From: Gammaproteobacteria bacterium
GTDB taxonomy: Bacteria; Pseudomonadota; Gammaproteobacteria; Pseudomonadales; Azotimanducaceae
Reading direction: 5' to 3'
Length of the DNA: 64,000 nucleotides
Assembly (NCBI GenBank): GCA_031385325.1
Contig: JANNBJ010000123.1
Span: forward strand, 6,771-70,770
Shown one piece after another: positions 17,794-26,118 of this stretch. The notes under the pieces were generated by a model. The model was given only the letters and a program-made list of their open reading frames with translations. It searched no databases and had not been told where the DNA came from. Within the stretch, counting starts at the first letter, position 1. Each line of letters opens with the position of its first letter. The position numbers and the translations under genes were made by a program.

Positions 17794-19350
17794 ATCCGCA
17801 AACACCATCTGCAAGATTTGCTTGCGATCATATTTGCCGTTGGGCGTTCGTGGAAATGGGTCGGTCGTGCATTTCAACGTTCTCGGCAGCATGTATCCGG
17901 GCACTGCCTGCTTGAGAAGAGCAAGGACGTCATTCGAGTGCAATCCTGATCTGGTACTGACCAGAGCGCCGATACCTTCCTGCGCCGCATTCTCTCCACT
18001 TTGGAAAACCACAACAGCCTCGTCAACGTCATCCAGCGCCTGCAGGTGCGCCTCGATTTCACCCAGTTCGATACGATGACCGAGATATTTGATCTGCTGG
18101 TCAGCACGCCCTTGGAACAGTAAGGCGCCATCTTCCCGCATACGTACCAGATCTCCAGTGCGATAGAGCCGGTCAGGAAAACGAGACGAAGGATGTTGTA
18201 CAAAGGCCTGGGCCGTCTTGTCTGCATCTCCAAGATAGCCGTATCCCACGGATAACCCTCGTACCCAAAGCTCACCTGCGGAACCAGGGGATTGCGAGAG
18301 TTCTCCGTTTTCAAGTGCAATGAACACTTCCATATTCGGTCTCGCCTTGCCAATGGGCACCGGTTCATCGCCAGGCGGCGTAGTTACGACATGATAAGTA
18401 CAGTCGACGGTGATCTCTGTTGGACCATACATATTGGTGAAGCGAACTTCCGGAAAGAGATTCATCCATGCCGTCAGCACGTCTGGTTGAACCACTTCTC
18501 CGGCAAACACCAGTTCGCGAAGCTCTGGAAACATACCAGCTCGAAGTCGTCGGGATTTCAACAAAAGTGTCAACACAGAGGGGACACAGAAAAATACTGA
18601 TATGGCCCGATCCCTGAGCCAGCCAGCCAAACGGGGAACCACCGAATTCAATTCTGGCGGCACCAGATGTAACGTCGCGCCCGCAGCAAATGCGGTATAG
18701 AGATCAAATGTCGAGTTGTCGAAATACAGCGGCGCGTGATTGGATATCTGATCCTTGGCGGTGATCTGATATTGATGCACACACCAGTCGATGTAGTCGA
18801 CCACCGCCTGGTGCGAGATCATGACCCCTTTTGGATTGCCCGTGGATCCGGACGTGAACAGTACATAAGCAATATCCACTGAAATGGCTTCGTAGCGAAT
18901 TGGCGTGAGCATCACTTCAACCTGATGAGCATCGTCAACGTCGATCAACGTCAATCCGGACACCATGGGCTCATATTCGGTGGTCGACAATTTCGCGCGC
19001 CCCGCCCGATTCACCAGCATCAAACCAGATCCGCACGCCGCAACGATGCCGGCAACGCGTGCAGCAGGTGACTCGGTATCAATGGGTACGTAGGCTCCAT
19101 CGTTGCGCAAAACACCCAGTATCGAACAGATTGCATCAACACTCTTGGGCATGAACACGGCAACACAATCCGCTCGACGCATGCCGGCAGAGCGCAATCG
19201 GTGCGCGATCACCGACGCCGCCTGATCAACCTGCAGATAGGTCAGCTGTTCCGATTTACACGTCACCGCGATCTTGGCAGGATCATTGGCAAGCGCTCGA
19301 TCAAAATAGTGCTGCACAAGCCAGGGTTTATGTGGTGCCAGCACGCTCAT
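17782..19350 (-). CDS. Stand-alone adenylation (AMP-forming) ligase, NRPS A-domain type (cf. exosortase-A-associated acyl-CoA ligase / DltA-like)
   Basis: Core motifs LFTSGSTGNPKGVMISH, NMYGPTEITV, GELWVRG..GYGYLGD, YRTGDLVRMREDGALLFQGRADQQIKYLGHRIELGEIE and PRTPNGKYDRKQI. FDNS occupies the FDxS position. The ATG at 19350 is preceded by GAGGA. Confidence 0.9.
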   Translation of the reverse strand: MSVLAPHKPWLVQHYFDRALANDPAKIAVTCKSEQLTYLQVDQAASVIAHRLRSAGMRRADCVAVFMPKSVDAICSILGVLRNDGAYVPIDTESPAARVAGIVAACGSGLMLVNRAGRAKLSTTEYEPMVSGLTLIDVDDAHQVEVMLTPIRYEAISVDIAYVLFTSGSTGNPKGVMISHQAVVDYIDWCVHQYQITAKDQISNHAPLYFDNSTFDLYTAFAAGATLHLVPPELNSVVPRLAGWLRDRAISVFFCVPSVLTLLLKSRRLRAGMFPELRELVFAGEVVQPDVLTAWMNLFPEVRFTNMYGPTEITVDCTYHVVTTPPGDEPVPIGKARPNMEVFIALENGELSQSPGSAGELWVRGLSVGYGYLGDADKTAQAFVQHPSSRFPDRLYRTGDLVRMREDGALLFQGRADQQIKYLGHRIELGEIEAHLQALDDVDEAVVVFQSGENAAQEGIGALVSTRSGLHSNDVLALLKQAVPGYMLPRTLKCTTDPFPRTPNGKYDRKQILQMVFADSSR

Positions 19351-21079
19351 CTCCAATATCCTCAACGATTGTTCTGATCAGTTCATCGCGCTCATGAACT
19401 CGTTTGAAAGTGTGATCGGCACCTTTGAATGTTCGAATCTGCAGCATCTTGGACCTGGACAACAGCGACAGGCATCGGTTTCCCGCTGTTCTCAGGATCT
19501 CAAGCCCTGGGTCACGCTCTGCAAAATAAAACCGCAGACGGGAACCCGAAGCCGCAATTCGGAGAAGATCTTGTGTGAGCAACGGCGGTTCACGCAACCC
19601 CAGATACTGAGCGAGTTCTCGAGAACGTTTCATGAGTCGACTGGTGATTGAACCGAGTAGATGCTGTATCAGGAGCAAGTAGTCGATGTCGCCTGTAAAA
19701 AGTCTCTTCCAGTGCTGCCAATCCCTCGACGCTGATTGATACGCTTTTGCCTGTTGCAGGTTGCTGTACTCACTCGGAATCTCCAGTGACATGCCTTCAC
19801 GCCACTGGAAAGTCAGGGGATTGATGAGTATGAGTTCAATCGGAAATGAATCATCCGACTGTCTCGCCAAATCAAATGCGGCGTATGCTCCAGCGCAGAG
19901 TCCGGCCATCAAGATACGTGAATAACCTTGTTGGCGAGCCCAGGACAGAATGGATTGAAGGTCTCCGCTGGCGGAATCCGGATACGGCGTAATCGCTTCT
20001 GGCGTCGGATCCACACCGCCTGATTCGAACTGCGTCTGCAGGTCGACACTGTCGCCGAGATTCGCAAGATCGTAACGAAGGCAGTCGATATGTTGTTCGG
20101 AGAGTGTTCTGGCGAGGTCAACGTACAGTCGATTGGGGCCGACATGGTGAGCAGAGCCGCCATTACTCATCAGCACGATACTCTTCGAATCAACCGCGTG
20201 AGTGAGAATCGCGAACAACGTGTTGATCCGCAGCACGCTTTCAGCGACGGCCGGCACTACGCCGGGGAGTTCGGTTGACAGCGCGGAACTCTCGTCAACC
20301 ACCGGGTTTAAAACTTCGACATTCGGGTACTTCGAGAATAACCACTGCACAGCAGAATCGATGAACTTCAGGGGAATACGGGTATTGTGTGGTTCACGGA
20401 ATGCAGAGACAAATTCATCAGAAGTAGCATTTTGCAGTGAGGCAGCACGTTGTCTGATCGAATTGGCGAGTGTCACATCTGCCGGTCGATCAACTTTTTC
20501 CACCAGCAAAACATGTCCTGTTCGTGATTGATTGTCCTTGACCTGCAACCCTTCGATGGCTTGTTGGAGCGGGTCATCAAAAACCAATCCACCACTTTCG
20601 AGAACCGCCCGTCCAGATGCGGACGGATCGATTTTTCCGAGGACCTTCAGTTCTCGTATGAAGGTCCGACCAGAGGAACAGGGATTCCACAGGATGATAC
20701 CCTCCTCCGCCTGGGCACTTTCCAGCACAAGCAAGGCAGAAGCACGAACACCGACCAGCACGACACTTGCCAGACCACGTGTCTGCAACAAATAGCTACG
20801 GGCGCGCTCGATGTCTTCAAGCCAGGTCTCCACGCCGACCCTTGCGCCTTCGGTCGAATTTCCTGTGCCGCGTAAATCAGGTCGAATTACGAAGTAACCG
20901 GCTGCCGCCGCCGCACATGCGAGGGCGCGTAATGCGCGGTAACCATGGGTGTACTCATGTCCCAGAGACGGGACAATGATGACGCCCGTCGATCTCTGTT
21001 CGGTTGTCTTCCGAGGCATATGCAGATGCGCAAATGTCGCTCCACCTTCCCTGCCAATCCAGAAAGACTGCTGTGTCAT
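19328..21079 (-). CDS. Fusion of two alpha/beta-hydrolase-fold domains (resembles exosortase-A-associated hydrolase 2 + hydrolase 1)
   Basis: The N-terminal half reads VIIVPSLGHEY...IRPDLRGTGNS...VVLVGVRASALLV, with Arg at the nucleophile-elbow position. The C-terminal half reads IVLMSNGGSAHHVGPNRLYVDLART...LRYDLANLGDS...ILMAGLCAGAYAAF, with Cys at the elbow (GxCxG). The start overlaps the GH2-like stop (ATGA). Confidence 0.75.
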   Translation of the reverse strand: MTQQSFWIGREGGATFAHLHMPRKTTEQRSTGVIIVPSLGHEYTHGYRALRALACAAAAAGYFVIRPDLRGTGNSTEGARVGVETWLEDIERARSYLLQTRGLASVVLVGVRASALLVLESAQAEEGIILWNPCSSGRTFIRELKVLGKIDPSASGRAVLESGGLVFDDPLQQAIEGLQVKDNQSRTGHVLLVEKVDRPADVTLANSIRQRAASLQNATSDEFVSAFREPHNTRIPLKFIDSAVQWLFSKYPNVEVLNPVVDESSALSTELPGVVPAVAESVLRINTLFAILTHAVDSKSIVLMSNGGSAHHVGPNRLYVDLARTLSEQHIDCLRYDLANLGDSVDLQTQFESGGVDPTPEAITPYPDSASGDLQSILSWARQQGYSRILMAGLCAGAYAAFDLARQSDDSFPIELILINPLTFQWREGMSLEIPSEYSNLQQAKAYQSASRDWQHWKRLFTGDIDYLLLIQHLLGSITSRLMKRSRELAQYLGLREPPLLTQDLLRIAASGSRLRFYFAERDPGLEILRTAGNRCLSLLSRSKMLQIRTFKGADHTFKRVHERDELIRTIVEDIGDERAGTT

Positions 21080-23517
21080 TTTCTGCCGAGCTCAGGGACA
21101 CGAAGTTCACGACGGTTATTCGCAGGCTTGAGGCGAAGACTGGGTACGCCTGTATAGCCGCGGTCCATGAGAACTTCGATTTGACGAGAAACACCGGGGA
21201 TGATGTGAACGTAGTTATCTATGCACTCAAACCCCGCTGATTCGAGACGCGTCCACTCAAGCAATCTGTCTGATTCCAGTTGCAGGCGGACCGCGCCTGA
21301 GTGATCAACCAGGCAAGCAGTTAACTGAATGTCCGCTGACGTCTCGATCCCGGCAGATCCTACCGTTGCGACATGTTGGACGGAGGTTCCGTTGGACAAT
21401 AACAGATCAGCGGCCACGGCTCTGAACGCTGGTGGACCAAATCGATAGGACCAGGTGGTGTCTTGAAACCGATCAAAACAACCATCAACCGAGAGAGTCT
21501 GTGCGGATCGAGGCGGCAGTACGATGTTGCGTACAACCTTTCCGCCGGCACGGCCGTCCAAAAGCACCAGCGTTATCGTCAGAACTCCGGACAGCTCGAT
21601 GCATCTTTCATTGATGAGGTGAACATTGTGACCATCAAAAATTTCGTCAGTAACAAGAACCTGTACGGGGTGAAGTACACTTCGAACCAGGTGATACGCG
21701 GGTTTCGGACGCCCGAGTGCATCAATAAGCCCCCAACCCGCGCCAGGCCTGACGTCGTGCATCATCCAGATCAGAGCGCCTTGACACAGTGACCGTGTGG
21801 CACGCCACCGAGCAAATACTGCAGCCATGGCAACGCCGCTGGCGAGCCGGGATAGCTCGAAATACCTTGGCAAATCGTGCATTCGAAGGTCAAGTGCATT
21901 CACCGAGAACAGTTGTTCTGTGTAGTGATCACGAATGTCGTCGAAGTCCCAGCCAACACCGTCGTCTCTCGGAGTACCTGACTTCCAACTTGCGCCAGTG
22001 GGCGAAGGTAGTGAAGATCCGAACAGCTCATTCATGGACGAGGGGTCGGGCAGGTTGGCAAAGCCCAGACATTCACTGGCGAAACGAACCTGTTCGACAC
22101 TTCGATCGTCAACCGATCGGCGATACGCACCTACCCCAAAGAAGCTGCTGATTCCTGCGGACAGATGAGTAGGCAACGTTCCGAAACCAGGCGCTGAGGG
22201 AATGTACGTCTGACTGGGAAAGAGCTCGGCGCTCCACGCCTGGATAGTGGTTGTGAAGAGCCGCTGCGTTCGTTTTTCGTCGTGCAAACCCAACAGCGTT
22301 GCCTGTTGTTCGGCGTCACTGTTCCCACAAATTACCGCGAGACTGGCTCGCCACGCCAGTCGACTCGACTGCCACTCAAGCTCACGATACACGCCATCGG
22401 TAAAGCCATCAGAATCAGGATAGGCCATATTCGCGAACGGCAAGTCCTGCCAGACCAGAATGCCCAGCCGATCGCACAAGTCGTAGAACACGTCGCTCTC
22501 ATAACAGGAAGTGCCGACAACACGGAGCATGTTGAATCCTGCTTCGCGTACCTGAAGCAAGCGTTCTTCCAGATCAAACTCCGTTTCAACTTCCGCTGCC
22601 TGTAGCGCAACCCAACAAGCACCTCGACAGAAAAAAGGCACTGTGTTAACGGAAAACTGACCCGTATCCTGATCGAAAGACACCGACTTGAATCCCACTC
22701 TGCGCTCAAGAGTCACGTTCGGATCCAGCGTTATCGTGATGTCGTGTAGAACAGGTTCACCATGGGTATGCGGTAACCACCGATCAAGATCGCTGCAATC
22801 CAGCTGAAGCTCGGCGCTGCGTTGTCCATCGTCATCGAGGGAAACAGGAGCGGTGTTTTTTCGACCGCCGATTGTGACCGTCAGCTCGTCCACACATGCG
22901 GTTGTTTTCACGTGCACGCGAAGTTGCGCCCGCTCGTTATCGACCAACGTTGTCATCGTGACTTTTGTGGTCTCCTCGATCGGCTCAACCGTCACCGGAC
23001 CCCGAATCCCTACCAATGGCGTACTGTTGAACCAACCGGTGATACGACCGGCCAGAGACACTCGGTGACTACGCAGATGCTGAATGGTCACCAGGTTGGT
23101 GCGCCAACGCGTGCGGCCGTGCGACTGCATCAGATGCGTGGTCAAGGAGGGAAAGTGAAAGGCGATCTGATGCGGCGATCCGCGTCCCTCGACCGGAATC
23201 TGCCATGGACGGAAAGCATTATCGAAAACTGCAGCTTGGGCTCCATCCAGCCAGACATTGGCATGTCCGAACACGGAGGGAAAGGTCATGATCGACAATA
23301 CTGGAGATCGAAATTGCGCTAACAACCACCAATCAGACTGGTCGGGTTGCGCACCCCTGACAAGAGAACCAACCGTCAGCAGATCAGTCGATCCACACCA
23401 GACTTGAGTTGATTCATTCAGCTCTGAAGGACTTGTGACAATTCCGACATCACAACGCCAGAGTCTCCACGTCATATCGGCATTGCCATCGAACGACGTA
23501 GTACGCTCGCACGGCAT
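21076..23517 (-). CDS. Glycoside hydrolase family 2-like protein (beta-mannosidase-like)
   Basis: DVFYDLCDRLGILVWQDLPFANMAYP and FASECLGFANLP match the beta-mannosidase-type GH2 core. The usual GNNE acid/base stretch reads ICGNSDAEQ. The start ATG overlaps the upstream stop (TGATG). Confidence 0.8.
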   Translation of the reverse strand: MPCERTTSFDGNADMTWRLWRCDVGIVTSPSELNESTQVWCGSTDLLTVGSLVRGAQPDQSDWWLLAQFRSPVLSIMTFPSVFGHANVWLDGAQAAVFDNAFRPWQIPVEGRGSPHQIAFHFPSLTTHLMQSHGRTRWRTNLVTIQHLRSHRVSLAGRITGWFNSTPLVGIRGPVTVEPIEETTKVTMTTLVDNERAQLRVHVKTTACVDELTVTIGGRKNTAPVSLDDDGQRSAELQLDCSDLDRWLPHTHGEPVLHDITITLDPNVTLERRVGFKSVSFDQDTGQFSVNTVPFFCRGACWVALQAAEVETEFDLEERLLQVREAGFNMLRVVGTSCYESDVFYDLCDRLGILVWQDLPFANMAYPDSDGFTDGVYRELEWQSSRLAWRASLAVICGNSDAEQQATLLGLHDEKRTQRLFTTTIQAWSAELFPSQTYIPSAPGFGTLPTHLSAGISSFFGVGAYRRSVDDRSVEQVRFASECLGFANLPDPSSMNELFGSSLPSPTGASWKSGTPRDDGVGWDFDDIRDHYTEQLFSVNALDLRMHDLPRYFELSRLASGVAMAAVFARWRATRSLCQGALIWMMHDVRPGAGWGLIDALGRPKPAYHLVRSVLHPVQVLVTDEIFDGHNVHLINERCIELSGVLTITLVLLDGRAGGKVVRNIVLPPRSAQTLSVDGCFDRFQDTTWSYRFGPPAFRAVAADLLLSNGTSVQHVATVGSAGIETSADIQLTACLVDHSGAVRLQLESDRLLEWTRLESAGFECIDNYVHIIPGVSRQIEVLMDRGYTGVPSLRLKPANNRRELRVPELGRK

Positions 23518-24485
23518 CAGACAGCACCGGAACGTAACGCGTCAATTCCAGCCTTCCAGGCGCTGCTCATCTGGTCGAGCGGCGACAGGTCCAGTGTTTT
23601 GTTTCGTGCAATTGCGCGTGCCAATTGGAATTGCAATGACCGGGCCTGCTGGGCAATCTGCAAAAATCGTGTCGCCGCGTCACCAGCCACCCAGGAACCC
23701 CGTGCCACTAGCCAATCAACGTGACTAGCCAGTAACTCAAAACAGGCACCCAGCTGTCGAAGCGTTGCGAAGGCATAACGATGAAAATAATCCATATCGT
23801 GGTTTTCACGCATCACCTGCAGCTCGGATTCCAGGCTGGCTGCATAGATGGAGATTGGATTGTCGGAAGGCACTCGCGCCAGTTCTCGACGCAACAGTGT
23901 TGCTGCTGCCGATGCCAAAGAATCAGTTCGCTCAGGATGCGACCAGGCAACACGTTCGACGAAGGGAGGTAACCAGGAATGGCCACGTTTCGAACCCGGC
24001 AACCAAAGACACTGGTAGTCGCTGCCTGCAAGTTCATAACAACCTCGCCCATGCAGATACTGCATGTCCTGCGTTGCTGGCGCCATCGCAAGCACAGCTA
24101 TGGTGGTCTTGACGTGTTGTTGCTGGTAGGACGAGCCACGTGTGTCGGGCAGGTAGAACGAGTCCGCTTCGATCAGGACGGGGTTTCCCTGTTTGAGCTG
24201 TTCAACGACGTGAAGATCCAGTTCTTTCCAGGGATTCAGCTCCTGAATGTCTGCACCAAACAGAAAACGCAGATCTTCGTCGTTGAACTTGCAGAATGTC
24301 CACTGATCACCTTCCCAACGGGTTGAAGCGGTAACACTCAGTGCAGCCAAGGGCTCGTGACCAAAGGCATGCAACAATTCAATAACTACATCGAGATAGC
24401 AGTTCGTTTCATCCCACACTCGGCTGCTGCCATGGATAGGGTGGGACTGGTGAGAGTAACTTTGAGGCAAAGCAGAAACAGACAT
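23517..24485 (-). CDS. DUF1839-like protein of unknown function
   Basis: SRVWDETNCYLDVVIELLH...WEGDQWTFCKF...EADSFYLPDTRGSSYQQQHVKTTI matches my recollection of the DUF1839 signature. The ATG at 24485 lies 1 nt after the ACAD-like stop codon. Confidence 0.6.
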   Translation of the reverse strand: MSVSALPQSYSHQSHPIHGSSRVWDETNCYLDVVIELLHAFGHEPLAALSVTASTRWEGDQWTFCKFNDEDLRFLFGADIQELNPWKELDLHVVEQLKQGNPVLIEADSFYLPDTRGSSYQQQHVKTTIAVLAMAPATQDMQYLHGRGCYELAGSDYQCLWLPGSKRGHSWLPPFVERVAWSHPERTDSLASAAATLLRRELARVPSDNPISIYAASLESELQVMRENHDMDYFHRYAFATLRQLGACFELLASHVDWLVARGSWVAGDAATRFLQIAQQARSLQFQLARAIARNKTLDLSPLDQMSSAWKAGIDALRSGAV

Positions 24486-24486
24486 G

Positions 24487-25662
24487 TCATCGCTGCGCAA
24501 GCTGCATGGCCGCGTTGTGAGAACGAATTCGATCGTTGTTGACCATCAGCATGGCACCGTACGCATCCCGTAAATGACGGCCAAGCGCGGACTCGTGATC
24601 ATTACGATAGCCATTTACGCCCGTGATCATCAGCGCCTTGCCGACGATGTCGACCACGGCCTCTGAACACACCAGCTTGATGTTGTTCATCGCAATGCCG
24701 AAAGAAAACGCAGTTGTCTTCTGCCAGGACTTTGTAGTGACGATGTTCTGATAACGAATAATGGCATCGTGCAAAGTGCTTCGCATCTTGAACAACGCCT
24801 CATCGAGTTCTGCCAGACGAAGTTGTGTCGTGGGTGGAACCTCCGCCTTCCTGGCAGAAGCCCGGACAGCACGGCGCGCGATACTGGCTGCATCCTGAGC
24901 TAACCCCAACCACAGCGAACCCCAGAGCAAATGAGCTACTGGCTGCATGGTCTGAGACAGAATCTGAGAAAACGGCACTGGCTGGATGTGCTCCCTGGGA
25001 ACATCCGCAATCAGATGGAAGCCAAGACTACAGGTGCCGCGGAACCCCAGGCTGTCCCAGGTTGAGATAGGATCAAGTGACACGTCCTTCTTCTCGACCA
25101 GGACATGAACCTGGTCGTTACCCGTAGCTTCCGGATGACTGCGGGCAGTGACCATGATCGCGTCAGCCTGACTGCCGTACGAAATCACGGGAGCCATCTT
25201 GTCTATTCGAACTCGACGCCCATCTGCACTCACTTCCGCCGCACAAACACTCGTCCCCAAATCTCCACCGGTGCCAATTTCCGTCGTCGCAGAAGCCAGC
25301 AACAACTGGCGATCCGTGATTTTCCGCAACAAGTCGGCTTCATAAGAGCTGTTACCTGCGTGATGTACAAGGCAGGCAACCTGGATCTGATGCATCGCAA
25401 AAATCATTGCCGAAGACGCGCAGTAGGCACCCAGCTTTTCGGTGATTGCACACAGGGACTGAAAGTCCACTCCCATTCCGCCGTGCGAAGCAGATATATA
25501 GGCACTCAGCAGCCTGTGCTGTCGCATGGCCGAAATCGCCTCTTCCGGGAACCGAGCCTTGGCATCCACGTCTGCTGCATGGACACCCAGCACATCATTG
25601 CCAATTCGTTCAACAATTGAGTCAATGGCGGGCGCGGTCGTGACAATCCTGGGTTGCGTCAT
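24487..25662 (-). CDS. Acyl-CoA dehydrogenase-fold flavoenzyme (probably acting on a carrier-tethered substrate)
   Basis: 391 aa with ACAD architecture (FPEEAISAMRQHRLLSAYI.., ATTEIGTGGDLG, RGTCSLGF). The C-terminal stretch RDAYGAMLMVNNDRI aligns where MCAD-type enzymes have the YEGT catalytic Glu. Confidence 0.85.
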   Translation of the reverse strand: MTQPRIVTTAPAIDSIVERIGNDVLGVHAADVDAKARFPEEAISAMRQHRLLSAYISASHGGMGVDFQSLCAITEKLGAYCASSAMIFAMHQIQVACLVHHAGNSSYEADLLRKITDRQLLLASATTEIGTGGDLGTSVCAAEVSADGRRVRIDKMAPVISYGSQADAIMVTARSHPEATGNDQVHVLVEKKDVSLDPISTWDSLGFRGTCSLGFHLIADVPREHIQPVPFSQILSQTMQPVAHLLWGSLWLGLAQDAASIARRAVRASARKAEVPPTTQLRLAELDEALFKMRSTLHDAIIRYQNIVTTKSWQKTTAFSFGIAMNNIKLVCSEAVVDIVGKALMITGVNGYRNDHESALGRHLRDAYGAMLMVNNDRIRSHNAAMQLAQR

Positions 25663-25741
25663 GGAACGTGCTTCTCTATCCGCTGATCCTCAAATCTTTG
25701 TTTGGGTCCAGATGCGAGTGTAGACAACAATGTCGTGATCA

Positions 25742-25996
25742 TCAGGCCGTGATCACTCTGACGGCTTCTGCAATGGCCTGTATGCTCTGAAACGTCTCTC
25801 TCGCCAGCATTTCCTCCGGGAATTCGCAATCGAAAAAATCTTCGACGGCCAGCATCAGGTTGACCGTATTGAGCGAGGTCAAACCTGCATCGTAGAGATC
25901 GTCGGTGTCATTCAGAGAATTCACTTCGACGGCGAGTTGGCCGCATTCTGCAAGCGTCTGCCTGATGCACTCCACCAAGTCGGCTCTGTTCTGCAT
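25742..25996 (-). CDS. Acyl/aminoacyl carrier protein
   Basis: 84 aa, acidic, with the phosphopantetheine-site-like sequence DLYDAGLTSLNTVNLMLAVE. The ATG at 25996 follows a GGAG SD; the track start is a TTG at 26008. Confidence 0.8.
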   Translation of the reverse strand: MQNRADLVECIRQTLAECGQLAVEVNSLNDTDDLYDAGLTSLNTVNLMLAVEDFFDCEFPEEMLARETFQSIQAIAEAVRVITA

Positions 25997-26118
25997 GACG
26001 AACTCCAAATCCTTGTACGGTGCCGTGGTCGGTAACCGGCCTCGTAGAAATACTATCGTTGACCCGGGTTGTTGAATGCGATGACGGTCTCAGAGGGGCG
26101 GACTACAACTGCGAATCC

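Noticed and set aside
17782-25996. The idea that the ligase/ACP/ACAD triad makes pyrrole-2-carboxyl (PltF/L/E-like) units for attachment to the sugar, as in the clorobiocin CloN genes
   Set aside because: The pocket residues I could read from the ligase (D-N-..-F after FDNS; T-N-M before YGPTE) do not resemble the proline code as I remember it (D-V-Q-...). The analogy is kept only as a precedent, not as a prediction.
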